The notes: a model not told the origin generated them from the sequence alone. A DNA stretch of 64,000 bases from Bacilli bacterium (GCA_045123185.1 JBGVIL010000020.1:19715-83714), one strand, 5' to 3'; counted from the first letter of the stretch, positions 9,889-20,391 are shown. Numbers and translations are program-made.

Positions 9889-10385
9889 TCAATTGGTGGA
9901 TAATCATCCGAAAAATACACACGCGCTATTTTGTTAGGAAAATAAGGTTGTTCAAAATAACAAATAACTCCATTTGGTAATTCTATCGTATGAGGATGTA
10001 AATTAAATATAACTAGAAACTTACTACTATATTTTACACCATCTACATAGATCACTTGATAACAAATGTAATTTACTACTGTTATATTATAATTACAAAT
10101 GTCAAAAGTCTTAAATCTAAGTGTCAGTATACAAAATAACCAAATACAAAATAATATTGTAGTTGGAATCATAAGACTTAAAACTACATCTAAATATTCA
10201 TAATTATAAGTAATCTTTTGATGTTTAAATAAACCCACACTTACTTCAATTATCTCTTTACTATTTAAATATAAAGATGTATAAACAATCATTAAGACAA
10301 TCAAACTTAATAAAATTACCGATAAACTAATTTTGATAGTTAAGAATTGTATTTTTAGTTTTCTTTCTAGTTTATACCAATCCAT
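9882..10385 (-). CDS. hypothetical membrane protein
   Basis: 167-aa ORF with two hydrophobic segments. No motif recognised. Confidence 0.5.
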   Translation of the reverse strand: MDWYKLERKLKIQFLTIKISLSVILLSLIVLMIVYTSLYLNSKEIIEVSVGLFKHQKITYNYEYLDVVLSLMIPTTILFCIWLFCILTLRFKTFDICNYNITVVNYICYQVIYVDGVKYSSKFLVIFNLHPHTIELPNGVICYFEQPYFPNKIARVYFSDDYPPIEI

Positions 10386-10387
10386 AT

Positions 10388-11710
10388 CTATGCCTTTCTT
10401 TCAAGCGTAACGATATTTTCTATGTGTTCAGTTTGAGGAAACATATCGACAGGTTGAATATATATTATTTTGTAATCATTTATTAAATACTTTAAGTCAT
10501 TAATTTGTGTATGTGGATCACATGATATATATATAACTTTGCGAGGTTTTAATTTTAAAACTGCTTTTAAAAAGCTTGAATCACTACCTTTTCTTGGTGG
10601 ATCCATAATAACAACATCAATGTGTTCTTTTTTAATTGCAAGATTATTAATAAAACGCGTTGCGTCATCACAATAAAAATGTACGTTTTTTATGTTGTTA
10701 AGTTTAGCATTGATGATTGCATCCATATGTGCACTTTTTTCTAGTTCAACACTAATAACTTTTTGAACGTTTGGACTTGCACAAATACCAATAGTTCCAA
10801 CACCAGAATATGCATCAAGAATGATATCTTGTTTTGAAAGTTTTGCTGAACTGATTGCTGCTTCATATAACTTCTTAGTTTGAATTGGATTAATTTGATA
10901 AAATGATTTAGATGAGATTTTAAACTTCATTCCCATTAAAATATCATGAATATAACCTTTACCATAAAGTACAACTTCCGCATCACCTAAAACATGGGTA
11001 GTTTGTTTTGGGTTAATATTTTGAATAACCGTTGTAATCTCTTTACATCTTGCAAGCAAAGCTTTAACAAAGTTGTTTGATCCGGGAAATACTTTTTCCG
11101 CAGTCACAATAACTACCATTGTTTCATTTAATGCTTTACTTCTTTTAACCATAACATGTTTAATTAGTCCACGTTTCTTTTGTTCGTTATAAGCAGATAT
11201 TCTAAACTTTTCCATCAGTTCTTTAATTACTTGAACTATTTTATCGCTCACTTCATCTTGAACAAGACATGTTGTAAAGTTTACAATTTTGTGGGAATTT
11301 TCTTCATAAAAACCACTAATGATTTTATTCTTTTCATCAACCCCAAAAACTACTTGATTTTTATTACGGTAATTAAATGGTTTTTCCATTCCAATAATAT
11401 CATTAACTTTTTCTTTAAATCCTGCACTTTTAAAAATTGCTTTTACTTCATTAGTTTTAATTACATTTTGTTCATGATAATCAATATGTAATAATTTACA
11501 TCCACCACATTTTTCATAGATTGGACATTTTACTTTGATTCTTTTTGGACTTGATTCAATTACTTTAATTAAACGACATTTATTAGTTGTTTTATTAATA
11601 TCAACTTCAACCACTTCTTCACTTATTGTATTTTGTACTTTATAAGTTTTATTATTAATAACACATTTGCCAACTAAGTCTTGAGTATATCCATTAATTT
11701 TTACTTTCAT
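10388..11710 (-). CDS. 23S rRNA (uracil-5-)-methyltransferase, RumA/RlmCD family
   Basis: Fe-S cysteine cluster CPIYEKCGGCKLLH, the SAM-MTase block DPPRKG, and the C-terminal FPQTEHIE. Confidence 0.85.
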   Translation of the reverse strand: MKVKINGYTQDLVGKCVINNKTYKVQNTISEEVVEVDINKTTNKCRLIKVIESSPKRIKVKCPIYEKCGGCKLLHIDYHEQNVIKTNEVKAIFKSAGFKEKVNDIIGMEKPFNYRNKNQVVFGVDEKNKIISGFYEENSHKIVNFTTCLVQDEVSDKIVQVIKELMEKFRISAYNEQKKRGLIKHVMVKRSKALNETMVVIVTAEKVFPGSNNFVKALLARCKEITTVIQNINPKQTTHVLGDAEVVLYGKGYIHDILMGMKFKISSKSFYQINPIQTKKLYEAAISSAKLSKQDIILDAYSGVGTIGICASPNVQKVISVELEKSAHMDAIINAKLNNIKNVHFYCDDATRFINNLAIKKEHIDVVIMDPPRKGSDSSFLKAVLKLKPRKVIYISCDPHTQINDLKYLINDYKIIYIQPVDMFPQTEHIENIVTLERKA

Positions 11711-11734
11711 TTCTTTTCCACCTTATGATGAAAT

Positions 11735-11761
11735 TTTTAAAAAAGGCATTTACATGCCTTT
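11735..11761 (-). terminator. rho-independent terminator after the acyltransferase gene
   Basis: Stem AAGGCAT/ATGCCTT followed by a T6 run on the minus strand. Confidence 0.7.
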
Positions 11762-12981
11762 TAATTTTTATTATTATTTAAATAATCAATTAGTTGAACA
11801 TAATCTACTATATAACTAGATTTTTCAATTGGTTTAAAACGATACAAACATTCTTCATTAGGAACTTCAAAATGACTATTTGGATCAAAAGGTAATTGAG
11901 TTAATTGTTCCATCTTGAAATCTTTTCTAAATGGCTCATTATTACAAGTGCCTTCATAATAACATTCATTTTTATTCATCACAATTATACCTTCACCTAA
12001 TAATTCGAATTTATTTGGTGTAAACTTATTAGATAATAATTGTACTTTAGTTGAAAGAGTAAATGATTCATTTTCACTTTCTTTTCCTATTTGTTCTTTT
12101 TGCCATTCATAATGTTCAGATATGGTTTCAAAAGTAACTGTCTCTTCACTGGTTTTTTCAAGTAAACCATATTTATTAACAAGTATTTGATTGTTACAAC
12201 TTGTACAAGTAATTAAATTATCATTTGTGACAAAAGAATGTTTTGAACCACACTTAGGACATCTTACCATTAAGTTTTCTAAACCTTCAGCTTGATTCTT
12301 TCCTTTAATTTTATGTGGTAATCGTTGTTGATTTAAATATTCATCAACATTTATTGATTTAACAATTCTATCATATATTTCTTGATCAGTTAAATTATCA
12401 AGTTCTTCTTTCTTAACAACTGGGACAAATTCTAAATTAATCTTTGTTTTTCTTGGGTATTTACGCCATTTAGGAAGAGATAAATAAACACCATTCATAC
12501 GAAGTCCCATTACATCTGCTTTTGTCATTCGAACAAGTTTAACAATAGATGGTGAAATAAATGGTAGTTTTCCATCCATTGTTGTTTGGCCGGTAGGAGC
12601 AATCGCAACAATCCCATTCTTTTCTAAGACTTTTTTCATTTTTCTGATTGCTTGAATGTCTGGCTTAAATTGATCTTTCGATATACATCTTGCCCAAGTT
12701 AAAATTTTACATAATGTTTTATTAAAGAAAAAATAACTTGCTAAAACAAAATTGACAGGTCGATAATTACAAGCAGACATTACAAAATAATGGTCTTTAT
12801 TTGAAGAATGATTATAAACTAATATACAACCTCTTTTTTGCTTTTTTAAAGCACGACGATTAATTTTAGGACGATATTTTAATAATAAATAGATTTTAGA
12901 ATATGTTGAGAAAATTAAATTAATCCACCAAGGCATTAATACTTTATCTTTTTTATTTTTCTTTTTCTTTTCGTTTTTCAT
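11761..12981 (-). CDS. PlsC-like lysophospholipid acyltransferase with a C-terminal zinc-ribbon region
   Basis: HX4D acyltransferase motif (NHSSNKDH). The CPKCG...CTSC pair suggests a zinc ribbon. Confidence 0.65.
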   Translation of the reverse strand: MKNEKKKKNKKDKVLMPWWINLIFSTYSKIYLLLKYRPKINRRALKKQKRGCILVYNHSSNKDHYFVMSACNYRPVNFVLASYFFFNKTLCKILTWARCISKDQFKPDIQAIRKMKKVLEKNGIVAIAPTGQTTMDGKLPFISPSIVKLVRMTKADVMGLRMNGVYLSLPKWRKYPRKTKINLEFVPVVKKEELDNLTDQEIYDRIVKSINVDEYLNQQRLPHKIKGKNQAEGLENLMVRCPKCGSKHSFVTNDNLITCTSCNNQILVNKYGLLEKTSEETVTFETISEHYEWQKEQIGKESENESFTLSTKVQLLSNKFTPNKFELLGEGIIVMNKNECYYEGTCNNEPFRKDFKMEQLTQLPFDPNSHFEVPNEECLYRFKPIEKSSYIVDYVQLIDYLNNNKN

Positions 12982-13030
12982 AAAATCACCTATTAGTATT
13001 ATACTAAACTTTTATTAAATTGTAAAATAC

Positions 13031-13465
13031 TTAAATAAATTGTTCTTTTATTAAATCACTTTCAATTTCAATTACATCATCAATCGGAATAATTGATTTA
13101 TCTTTAAAAATAATGACTCTTTCAATTTCATCGATTCTTTTAATTATGCCAGTTTTTTCTAAATACATTCCACCACTTTTTTTAGAATCTTTAATAAAAT
13201 ATATTATTTTAACAGGTTCTTCTAAATGTTTAAATTCATTAATAATTTGAAGTTTTTCATTCAACATAGTTAATTGTTCTTCATCAAATTCAATCATTTT
13301 ATCTGTTAGTCTTGCTGTTTCTTTGATTGCATCATCATGACCAGTTAAAGCTGCAAAAGGTGCGAACTGAGCTGCACGTTGTAACCTACTCATTCTTTTA
13401 TGTTTAATTGAAGTTGGATGTTCTAAATTTATAATACTTTGATATTTCTCATCAATATTATGCAT
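13031..13465 (-). CDS. YolD-like protein
   Basis: Small ORF directly coupled to a Y-family polymerase. The RAAQFAPFAALTGH block is typical of the YolD/YqjX family. Start chosen at the ATG at 13465 (GGAGG SD upstream). Confidence 0.65.
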   Translation of the reverse strand: MHNIDEKYQSIINLEHPTSIKHKRMSRLQRAAQFAPFAALTGHDDAIKETARLTDKMIEFDEEQLTMLNEKLQIINEFKHLEEPVKIIYFIKDSKKSGGMYLEKTGIIKRIDEIERVIIFKDKSIIPIDDVIEIESDLIKEQFI

Positions 13466-14987
13466 TGTGTCCTCCAATTTGTTTGTTACGATCAATTGTT
13501 GTTCCGCCTTCTTCTAAATTCATACCTTTAAGTACAGCATTCTTTCCAAATCTTTGTTTTAGATTAACTACCGTTTTTTGTAATGCTTTTTCTTTTTGAA
13601 GTTTAATTTGATATTGTTGTTCTTCTTCTTTAGTCATTTGATTATTAATATTAAATATATCTAATTGATCATAAACAATTTGTTCTTTAACATCTGATTC
13701 ATATTCAATGGCGTTCGCAGATAAATTAATTCTTCTGACTAATAACAATTTATTTACAATTCGGTCAAATAAAGCTAAAACACCTTTAGTAATTTCTTCC
13801 GTTGATGAAGTCATTTTCTTGAAATTTACTGTTCCATGAGCATGTTTTGGTATGAGTCTTCCATAATGATCTTTAGTAACTTCACCAAAATATTGTGCTC
13901 TAATTTTAGGGTTAGTTAGATTTTCCACATCATAACCAATTGTTAAAGTAATTTGTTTGGTGACAATCCCTTTTTCAACTAAGTCTAACGTTAATAAGTC
14001 AATCATTTCACGAACAATTAATCTTGCTTTTTCAACTGTATATGGCTCATGTAATACTTGTCCTGAACTAATACTTTTTGCAGATGGTTTGTATGATTTA
14101 ACATCTTCGATTGTACATGGTTCGTATCCCCAAGCATGATCAATTAAAAGTTCAGCATTGATACCAAATAAACTATATAATAAATCTTCATTACGATAAC
14201 ACTTAGGATCTGCAACAGAACAAAGTGCAACATCTCCCATTGTATACATTCCATGTTCTTCTAGTTTTGTCGATATTCCATGTCCTACTCGCCAAAAGTC
14301 AGTTAAAGGTCGATGATCCCATAGAAGTTTTCGATAACTCATTTCATCAAGTTCAGCAATTCTTACACCATCTTTATCTGCTTTGACTTTTTTGGCAACA
14401 ATATCAAGAGCGACTTTGGCAAGATACATATTAGTACCAATTCCTGCGGTTGCCGTAATACCAGTTGTTTTTAAAACATCTCTTATCATAGTTCTGACAA
14501 AATCATGTGCAGTTTGTTTTCTTAATCTTAAGTAACCTGTTAAATCAATAAAGACCTCATCAATTGAATATACATGAATATCTTCAGGTGCAACATATTT
14601 TAAATAAACATTATAAATTTCTGCACTATATTTCATGTATTGAGCCATTCTAGGTTTTGCCATAATATAATCAATTTTTAGATTGTTATTTGTTTTTAAT
14701 TCTAAGTCATTATATGATGAACCACTAAATTCTTTAGTTGGTAATTGTTTTCTTCTTTCTTCGTTAACTTCTTTTAATTTTTGATTTGCTTCAAATAGTC
14801 TTGCTCGACCTGATATACCATATGCTTTAAGAGATGGTGATACAGCAAGACAAATTGTTTTTTCAGTTCTTTCACCATCAGCAACAAGTAAATTTGTAGT
14901 TAACGGATCTAATTTTCTTTCTACACATTCTACAGACGCATAAAATGATTTTAAATCAATAACACAATATATTTTCGAAACATTCAT
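13458..14987 (-). CDS. Y-family (translesion) DNA polymerase, UvrX/YqjW/DinB-like
   Basis: N-terminal IDLKSFYASVECVERKLDP and SIDEVFIDLT catalytic motifs; 509 aa. Confidence 0.85.
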   Translation of the reverse strand: MNVSKIYCVIDLKSFYASVECVERKLDPLTTNLLVADGERTEKTICLAVSPSLKAYGISGRARLFEANQKLKEVNEERRKQLPTKEFSGSSYNDLELKTNNNLKIDYIMAKPRMAQYMKYSAEIYNVYLKYVAPEDIHVYSIDEVFIDLTGYLRLRKQTAHDFVRTMIRDVLKTTGITATAGIGTNMYLAKVALDIVAKKVKADKDGVRIAELDEMSYRKLLWDHRPLTDFWRVGHGISTKLEEHGMYTMGDVALCSVADPKCYRNEDLLYSLFGINAELLIDHAWGYEPCTIEDVKSYKPSAKSISSGQVLHEPYTVEKARLIVREMIDLLTLDLVEKGIVTKQITLTIGYDVENLTNPKIRAQYFGEVTKDHYGRLIPKHAHGTVNFKKMTSSTEEITKGVLALFDRIVNKLLLVRRINLSANAIEYESDVKEQIVYDQLDIFNINNQMTKEEEQQYQIKLQKEKALQKTVVNLKQRFGKNAVLKGMNLEEGGTTIDRNKQIGGHNA

Positions 14988-15049
14988 ATTTTATGCCTCC
15001 TTTTCTCTAAGTATATTATATCAAAATATATATATTTTATCAAGAAGTT

Positions 15050-15086
15050 TTAAAATTGAAAATAAGGGTGAATATTCACCCTTATT
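15050..15086 (-). terminator. terminator formed by a perfect 26-nt palindrome
   Basis: AATAAGGGTGAATATTCACCCTTATT (15061-15086) overlaps the stop codon. T-rich sequence follows on the minus strand. Confidence 0.6.
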
Positions 15087-16239
15087 CTTCTAACAATTTT
15101 TTAGCTTGTTGCATTTTATTTATAATCTTAACTCCGAAAGGACATCTTGTTTCACAAAGGCCACATTCAATACAACTAGATGCTTTAACATCAAGTAAAG
15201 CATAGTGATTCTTGATAGTTTCTGGAACTTCACCTTGAGCTAAACATAAATCTAAATATTTATTAACTGTTGCGATATCGATCTTTTTTGTACAAGGAGC
15301 ACAATGGCCACAATAAACACAGTGTTCAGTAAATTTAATGTTTTTTGCATTATTCAAAATACTTGAAAAATCTTTATCTAAGTCAGTTGCATATATATAT
15401 TCAATATCTTTTTTAAATTCATCATATGTATGAAACCCACAAAGAACAACTTTAACACCTGGTCTTGTAATACAATAATTAATACATTGACTTGGAGTCA
15501 TTGCTTTTTTATATGGAGACATTTCATCACTTAATAAATCTCCACCTGCGAAAGCTTTCATAACTGAAATAGCAATATCTTCTTTTTCACACAATTCATA
15601 AAATCTTAAACGATTTTGATCAAAATTATTTAACTCTTTATTATAAGATTCTTTATCCCAAAGAATATCACAATCTTCACTTGCTGGAAGTAAATCATAA
15701 CACGGATTAACACTAAACATAATTACATCTACAAGTCCTGTTTGTACAGCCTTTATTCCAACTAAAGGATTATGAGAAGATATACCAATGTGTTTAATAA
15801 TTCCTTGTTCTTTCAATGTTTTAGCATATTCAATAATTGGTCCATTAAAAACTTCATCAAAGTCATTTTCTTCATCAATATAATGAATCATGCCAATGTC
15901 AATATAATCAGTATTTAAATCTTTTAATAGTGATTCAAATGATTCTTTTGTTTTATTGATGTCTCTTGTTCTTTCATATTGACCATCTACCCATATCGTA
16001 CATAAATGACCTTGTATAATCATTTCATTACGTCTTGTAGATAATGCTTTTCCGATTGTTTTTCTGGTTGCCGGATTAGATGCCTAAAGATCAATAAAAT
16101 TAATTCCTAAATCCAGTGATTCATTAATAATTTTATTAGCAGTTGATTGATCTAATTTTGTAAATTCTTCACATCCTAGACCAATTTCTCCAAAATATAA
16201 ATTAGTTCTTCCAAGTTTTCTTTGTTTACATGTTTTCAT
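15082..16239 (-). pseudogene. aldo/keto reductase with a C-terminal 4Fe-4S dicluster domain, interrupted by an in-frame TAG
   Basis: From the ATG at 16239 the frame reads MKTCKQRKLGRTNLYFGEIGLGCEEF...LGINFIDL*ASNPATRK...IIQGH. It is continuous with the 313-aa ORF except for a TAG at 16086-16084. The C-terminus carries CxxCxxCxxC-type motifs. Confidence 0.7.
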
Positions 16240-16248
16240 ATCTACCTC

Positions 16249-18084
16249 TTAAATTGTGTTTCCTGAAAATTGTGTTTGATATAAATTATAATATATACCT
16301 TTCTTGGCAATTAATTCTTCATGATTACCAAATTCTTTAATTGTTCCTTGTTCCATTACAACAATTTTATCTGCATCTTTAATTGTTGATAAACGGTGAG
16401 CAATAATTAAACTTGTTCTGTTCTTCATTAAATTAACCATTGCATCTTGGATATTTTTTTCTGTTCTTGTATCCACTGATGATGTCGCTTCATCTAAGAT
16501 TAAAATTTTTGGTCCAGGTAGGGCTGCTCTTGCAATTGTTAATAACTGTCTTTGACCTTGAGAAAGGTTTGCCGCAGAATTAGCAAGATGAGTATTATAT
16601 CCATCAGGTAAATGTTTAATAAATTTATCTGAGTTTGCTAAATGACTACTTGCAATTACTTCTTCCATTGTAGCATCTTGTTTACCATATTTTAAATTAT
16701 TCAAAATAGTGTCAGTAAATAGAACTGTATCTTGTAGAACAATTGAGATCATTTGACGAAGTGAAGACTTTTTAATTTCTCTTATATCAATACCATTAAT
16801 TTTTATTGATCCAGAATCAATTTCATAAAAGCGCATTAATAAATTAACAACAGTTGTTTTTCCCGATCCTGTTGCACCTACAAGAGCAATCTTTTGATCA
16901 GAATTAATTGTTAAATTAAAGTCTTTTAATACTAATTCACCTTTAACATATGAAAAATATACATTTTCAAAACTAATTTCTTTTACTTCAAAATCATCAG
17001 GTAAAACAATAGTGCCATCATCAATTTCTTCTTCTGTGTCCATAATTTCAAACACACGTTCTGCAGCTGCTAAACTTGTTTCAATTTGAACATATAGTTG
17101 AGCTACTTCATTTATTGGTCGGTTAATTTGTTTTGAACAATTTGTGAAAATAATAATTGTTCCAATTGTCATTGGTCCAAATAATCCTGCACCAATTTCC
17201 CATGTTTTGAATAAAGCACCAAACACAACAATTAGTAAAAATCCAATGTTACCTACAATATTCATTACAGGACCCATTGCTCCACCATATATTTGCGCTT
17301 TAATTGCATATGTTTGTAAATTGTCACTTGTTTTATTAAAGTTATCTTCAAAGTCTTTTTCCTTGTTATAAGCACTTACTGTTTTTTGACCAGTTACACT
17401 TTCTTCAACTTGAGCATTAAGTTCACCTAATATTTCTTGTTGTTTCTTAAAATATTTGCGCATTCTTTTAGACATAAATCTTGAGAATACAATTGATAAA
17501 ACAACTGAAACTAACGCAACTAGTGTAAGTAAAGGACTAAATACAAGCATTACACATACTGCACCTAGAATTGTTAAAGCGGTTGATATAAGTGCTGCAA
17601 CTGATGATGAAATAGTATTGGAAATACTATCAACATCATTTGTCATTCTACTCATAATATCTCCATGTGCATGAGTATCAAAATAACCTATTGGTAAATA
17701 TACTAATTCATCAAATAAATCTTTACGAATTTTAAGTATTACTTGTTTTGATAGATATGCTGCGATAAAACTTCTTAAAAAGATTGCGGCAACATTAATA
17801 ATATAACAAACTCCTAAAGCAACAAGTAATTTTAAGAATAATTGTTCTTGTTTACCATCTATTGCATTTAATACTTGGCCTTGTACTACAGGAGATAAGA
17901 TTGAAGCAATAGTTGAAATAATAATTACAAATATTAATATTATTAATAAATTTTTAGAACTACCTAAATATTTAATTAGTCTTTTTAAAGCACTTTTTGA
18001 ATCTTTAGGTTTTTCAGAAAACATATTTCTTGGCATTCTGCCGTTTAATCTAACTGGAGGTCTTTGTCCATTATTCATTTTCAT
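16249..18084 (-). CDS. ABC transporter, fused permease/ATPase (multidrug-exporter type)
   Basis: Six-TM N-terminal half, Walker A GATGSGKTT, signature LSQGQRQ, and Walker B ILILDEATS. Confidence 0.9.
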   Translation of the reverse strand: MKMNNGQRPPVRLNGRMPRNMFSEKPKDSKSALKRLIKYLGSSKNLLIILIFVIIISTIASILSPVVQGQVLNAIDGKQEQLFLKLLVALGVCYIINVAAIFLRSFIAAYLSKQVILKIRKDLFDELVYLPIGYFDTHAHGDIMSRMTNDVDSISNTISSSVAALISTALTILGAVCVMLVFSPLLTLVALVSVVLSIVFSRFMSKRMRKYFKKQQEILGELNAQVEESVTGQKTVSAYNKEKDFEDNFNKTSDNLQTYAIKAQIYGGAMGPVMNIVGNIGFLLIVVFGALFKTWEIGAGLFGPMTIGTIIIFTNCSKQINRPINEVAQLYVQIETSLAAAERVFEIMDTEEEIDDGTIVLPDDFEVKEISFENVYFSYVKGELVLKDFNLTINSDQKIALVGATGSGKTTVVNLLMRFYEIDSGSIKINGIDIREIKKSSLRQMISIVLQDTVLFTDTILNNLKYGKQDATMEEVIASSHLANSDKFIKHLPDGYNTHLANSAANLSQGQRQLLTIARAALPGPKILILDEATSSVDTRTEKNIQDAMVNLMKNRTSLIIAHRLSTIKDADKIVVMEQGTIKEFGNHEELIAKKGIYYNLYQTQFSGNTI

Positions 18085-19795
18085 TTTCCTCCTTTTTTAG
18101 TTGTGAATAATAAATATCTTGATAAACTTCATTTGTTTTTAATAGTTCATCATTTGTTCCAATTCCTGATACTTTACCATCTTCTAATACTAGTATCTTA
18201 CCTGCAGATTTAGCCGATGCAACACGTTGTGCAACTAAAATAAATGTAGTATCTTTTAATGTTTCTCTTAATGCTTTATAAAGGTTAGATTCAGTTTTTA
18301 AGTCAATTGCTGAAGTTGCATCATCGAAGATTAATACTTTAGGTTTTTTAAGAATGGCTCTGGCAATTGATATTCTTTGTTTTTGACCACCTGATAAAGT
18401 CGATCCTTTTTCACCAATTATTGTGTCGTAACCATCACTAAATTTAGTAATAAAACTATCAGCTTGAGCAATTTTTGCAGCCTCAATGATTTCTTCATCA
18501 GTTGCGTCTTTTTTTCCCCAACGAATATTATCTTTAATAGTTCCGCTAAACATTTCAGCTTTTTGTAATACTACTGCAATATTTTCTCTTAAGTATTTAA
18601 TATTATATTCTTTAATATTATTACCATCAATTAGAATTTCTCCATTTGTTACATCATAAAATCTTGGTATTAAATTTACTATAGTTGATTTACCAGAACC
18701 TGTTGCACCTAAGATTGCTAAAGTATCTCCTTTATTTAGTTTAAATGAAATGTCTTCTAAAACTGCTTCTGAGTTTTGAAGATATTTAAACTCAACATTT
18801 TTAAATTCAATTACACCTTCCACATTTTCTTCTAATGTTCCTGAAACAATTTCTGGTTTTGTATCTAATACTTCTAAAATTCTTTTTGCAGAAGCGCTAG
18901 CTCTAGCGACATGTTGGAATAACATTCCCATGTTCATAACTGCCATTAATATTTGCATAATATATGTTAATGCCGCAGATACTTCACCAACTTTAAATGT
19001 AGGATCGTTAAATACTTTTTGTCCACCAACATATATAATCAAAATAATTGTTACATCTAGTAAGAATGTCAAGAAAGGAGACATAAATGATAATAACTTT
19101 TGAACACTTAAATTTTTATTAGCAAGTGTCGTACTTACATCATTAAATTTGTTAGCTTCAAATTCCTCATTACCAAATGCTTTTACAACTCGTGATCCAT
19201 TAACATTTTCTTTCATACAAGAGTTAACATCGTCTAATGCGTCTTGTACTTCTGTAAATTTTGGATTTACTTTTCTTAAGAAGAATATTAAAACAATTAT
19301 TTGTAGTGGCAAGACACATAGTAGAATTAATCCAAACTGAGGATTAATACCAACCATAAATCCGATTCCACCAAAGAATAATGAGAATGTTCTAACAAAC
19401 ATTCTAACACTCATAGATACTAACATTTGTATTTGAGTAATATCACTTGTTACTCTTGTAACTAGTGAACCTGCAGTAAATTTATCTGTTTGACTCCATG
19501 AAAAATTAATTGTTTGTTTAAATACATCTTTTCTTAAGTCGTTTGCAAATTTTCTAGAGGCAATTGATGAAAAGACTGCTGAGGAGTATCCGCCAATTCC
19601 ACCTAGAATTGTTAGAATAATCATATATAAACCTTGTTCATATATTACTGACATATTACTTTCATTGATACCAATATCAATAATCTTTGCCATTCTAAGT
19701 GGTAAGAATAAATCACATAGAACTTCTCCCGCCATGCAAAGAGCAGAAAGTATTGCGAATAGCCAGTATTTTTTTAAATACTTTATTAACCGCAT
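18071..19795 (-). CDS. ABC transporter, fused permease/ATPase (heterodimer partner)
   Basis: Walker A GATGSGKST, signature LSGGQKQR, and Walker B VLIFDDATS. It overlaps the downstream partner gene. Confidence 0.9.
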   Translation of the reverse strand: MRLIKYLKKYWLFAILSALCMAGEVLCDLFLPLRMAKIIDIGINESNMSVIYEQGLYMIILTILGGIGGYSSAVFSSIASRKFANDLRKDVFKQTINFSWSQTDKFTAGSLVTRVTSDITQIQMLVSMSVRMFVRTFSLFFGGIGFMVGINPQFGLILLCVLPLQIIVLIFFLRKVNPKFTEVQDALDDVNSCMKENVNGSRVVKAFGNEEFEANKFNDVSTTLANKNLSVQKLLSFMSPFLTFLLDVTIILIIYVGGQKVFNDPTFKVGEVSAALTYIMQILMAVMNMGMLFQHVARASASAKRILEVLDTKPEIVSGTLEENVEGVIEFKNVEFKYLQNSEAVLEDISFKLNKGDTLAILGATGSGKSTIVNLIPRFYDVTNGEILIDGNNIKEYNIKYLRENIAVVLQKAEMFSGTIKDNIRWGKKDATDEEIIEAAKIAQADSFITKFSDGYDTIIGEKGSTLSGGQKQRISIARAILKKPKVLIFDDATSAIDLKTESNLYKALRETLKDTTFILVAQRVASAKSAGKILVLEDGKVSGIGTNDELLKTNEVYQDIYYSQLKKEENENE

Positions 19796-20232
19796 TATTT
19801 TTCTCCTTTTAAATTATTTAGTTCATTGTTAATGGTGTTTAACATCTCAAATAGTTCATCTTGTTTTTCTTTTGATAAAACACTTGATACTTTTTCTTCA
19901 ATTCTTTTAAAAATATTACGAACTTCATCATCAAATGATTTTCCAAGATCAGTTAAATATACTCTGATAATTCTTTGATCTTGTTCATCTTGTTTTCTTT
20001 CAATGTAACCTAATAGTTCCATCTTTTGTAAAGTTAATGTAATTGTTGGTTTAGATAACATTAACTTTTTACCTAGTTCAAGTTGTGATTGTCCATCACA
20101 TCTTGCCAGATGCATTATTACTCCATGAAAACTTGATGGTATTCCAAGTTTTTCACATTCTGATCTTACATACTCGTGAAAAATCTTTCCTGTTTTACTA
20201 ATATTTCTAAGAATTAAACGATCTTTATCCAT
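19795..20232 (-). CDS. MarR-family transcriptional regulator
   Basis: Winged-HTH pattern (SQLELGKKLMLSKPTITLTLQKMELLGYIERK). I prefer the ATG at 20232 (GGAGGG SD upstream) over the TTG at 20244. Confidence 0.85.
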   Translation of the reverse strand: MDKDRLILRNISKTGKIFHEYVRSECEKLGIPSSFHGVIMHLARCDGQSQLELGKKLMLSKPTITLTLQKMELLGYIERKQDEQDQRIIRVYLTDLGKSFDDEVRNIFKRIEEKVSSVLSKEKQDELFEMLNTINNELNNLKGEK

Positions 20233-20244
20233 ACTTCCCTCCAA

Positions 20245-20264
20245 AGTTAGTTTTAAAACTAACT
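20245..20264. promoter_or_regulatory. perfect 20-bp palindrome; candidate MarR operator
   Basis: AGTTAGTTTTAAAACTAACT lies between the predicted -10 box and the marR SD. Confidence 0.5.
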
Positions 20265-20265
20265 A

Positions 20266-20294
20266 ATTATAACATAATATTACTGTTATTGCAA
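20266..20294 (-). promoter_or_regulatory. sigma-70-type promoter of the marR-ABC operon
   Basis: On the minus strand: TTGCAA (20294-20289), a 17-nt spacer, then TATAAT (20271-20266). Confidence 0.5.
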
Positions 20295-20391
20295 ATACTT
20301 TTATTTTATTTTTAAAAAAGAATATACTTACAATCACAAAATATGTAACCCATCCAATTTAATACCTATAACTAATTCTTTACATACAAAA

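Noticed and set aside
16084-16086. The in-frame TAG as a programmed pyrrolysine or read-through codon.
   Set aside because: No pyl genes are visible. TAG is used as an ordinary stop by several genes in the window, including the GH9-like gene at 1215, chrA at 87 and the RHS gene at 28591. A nonsense mutation or sequencing error is simpler.
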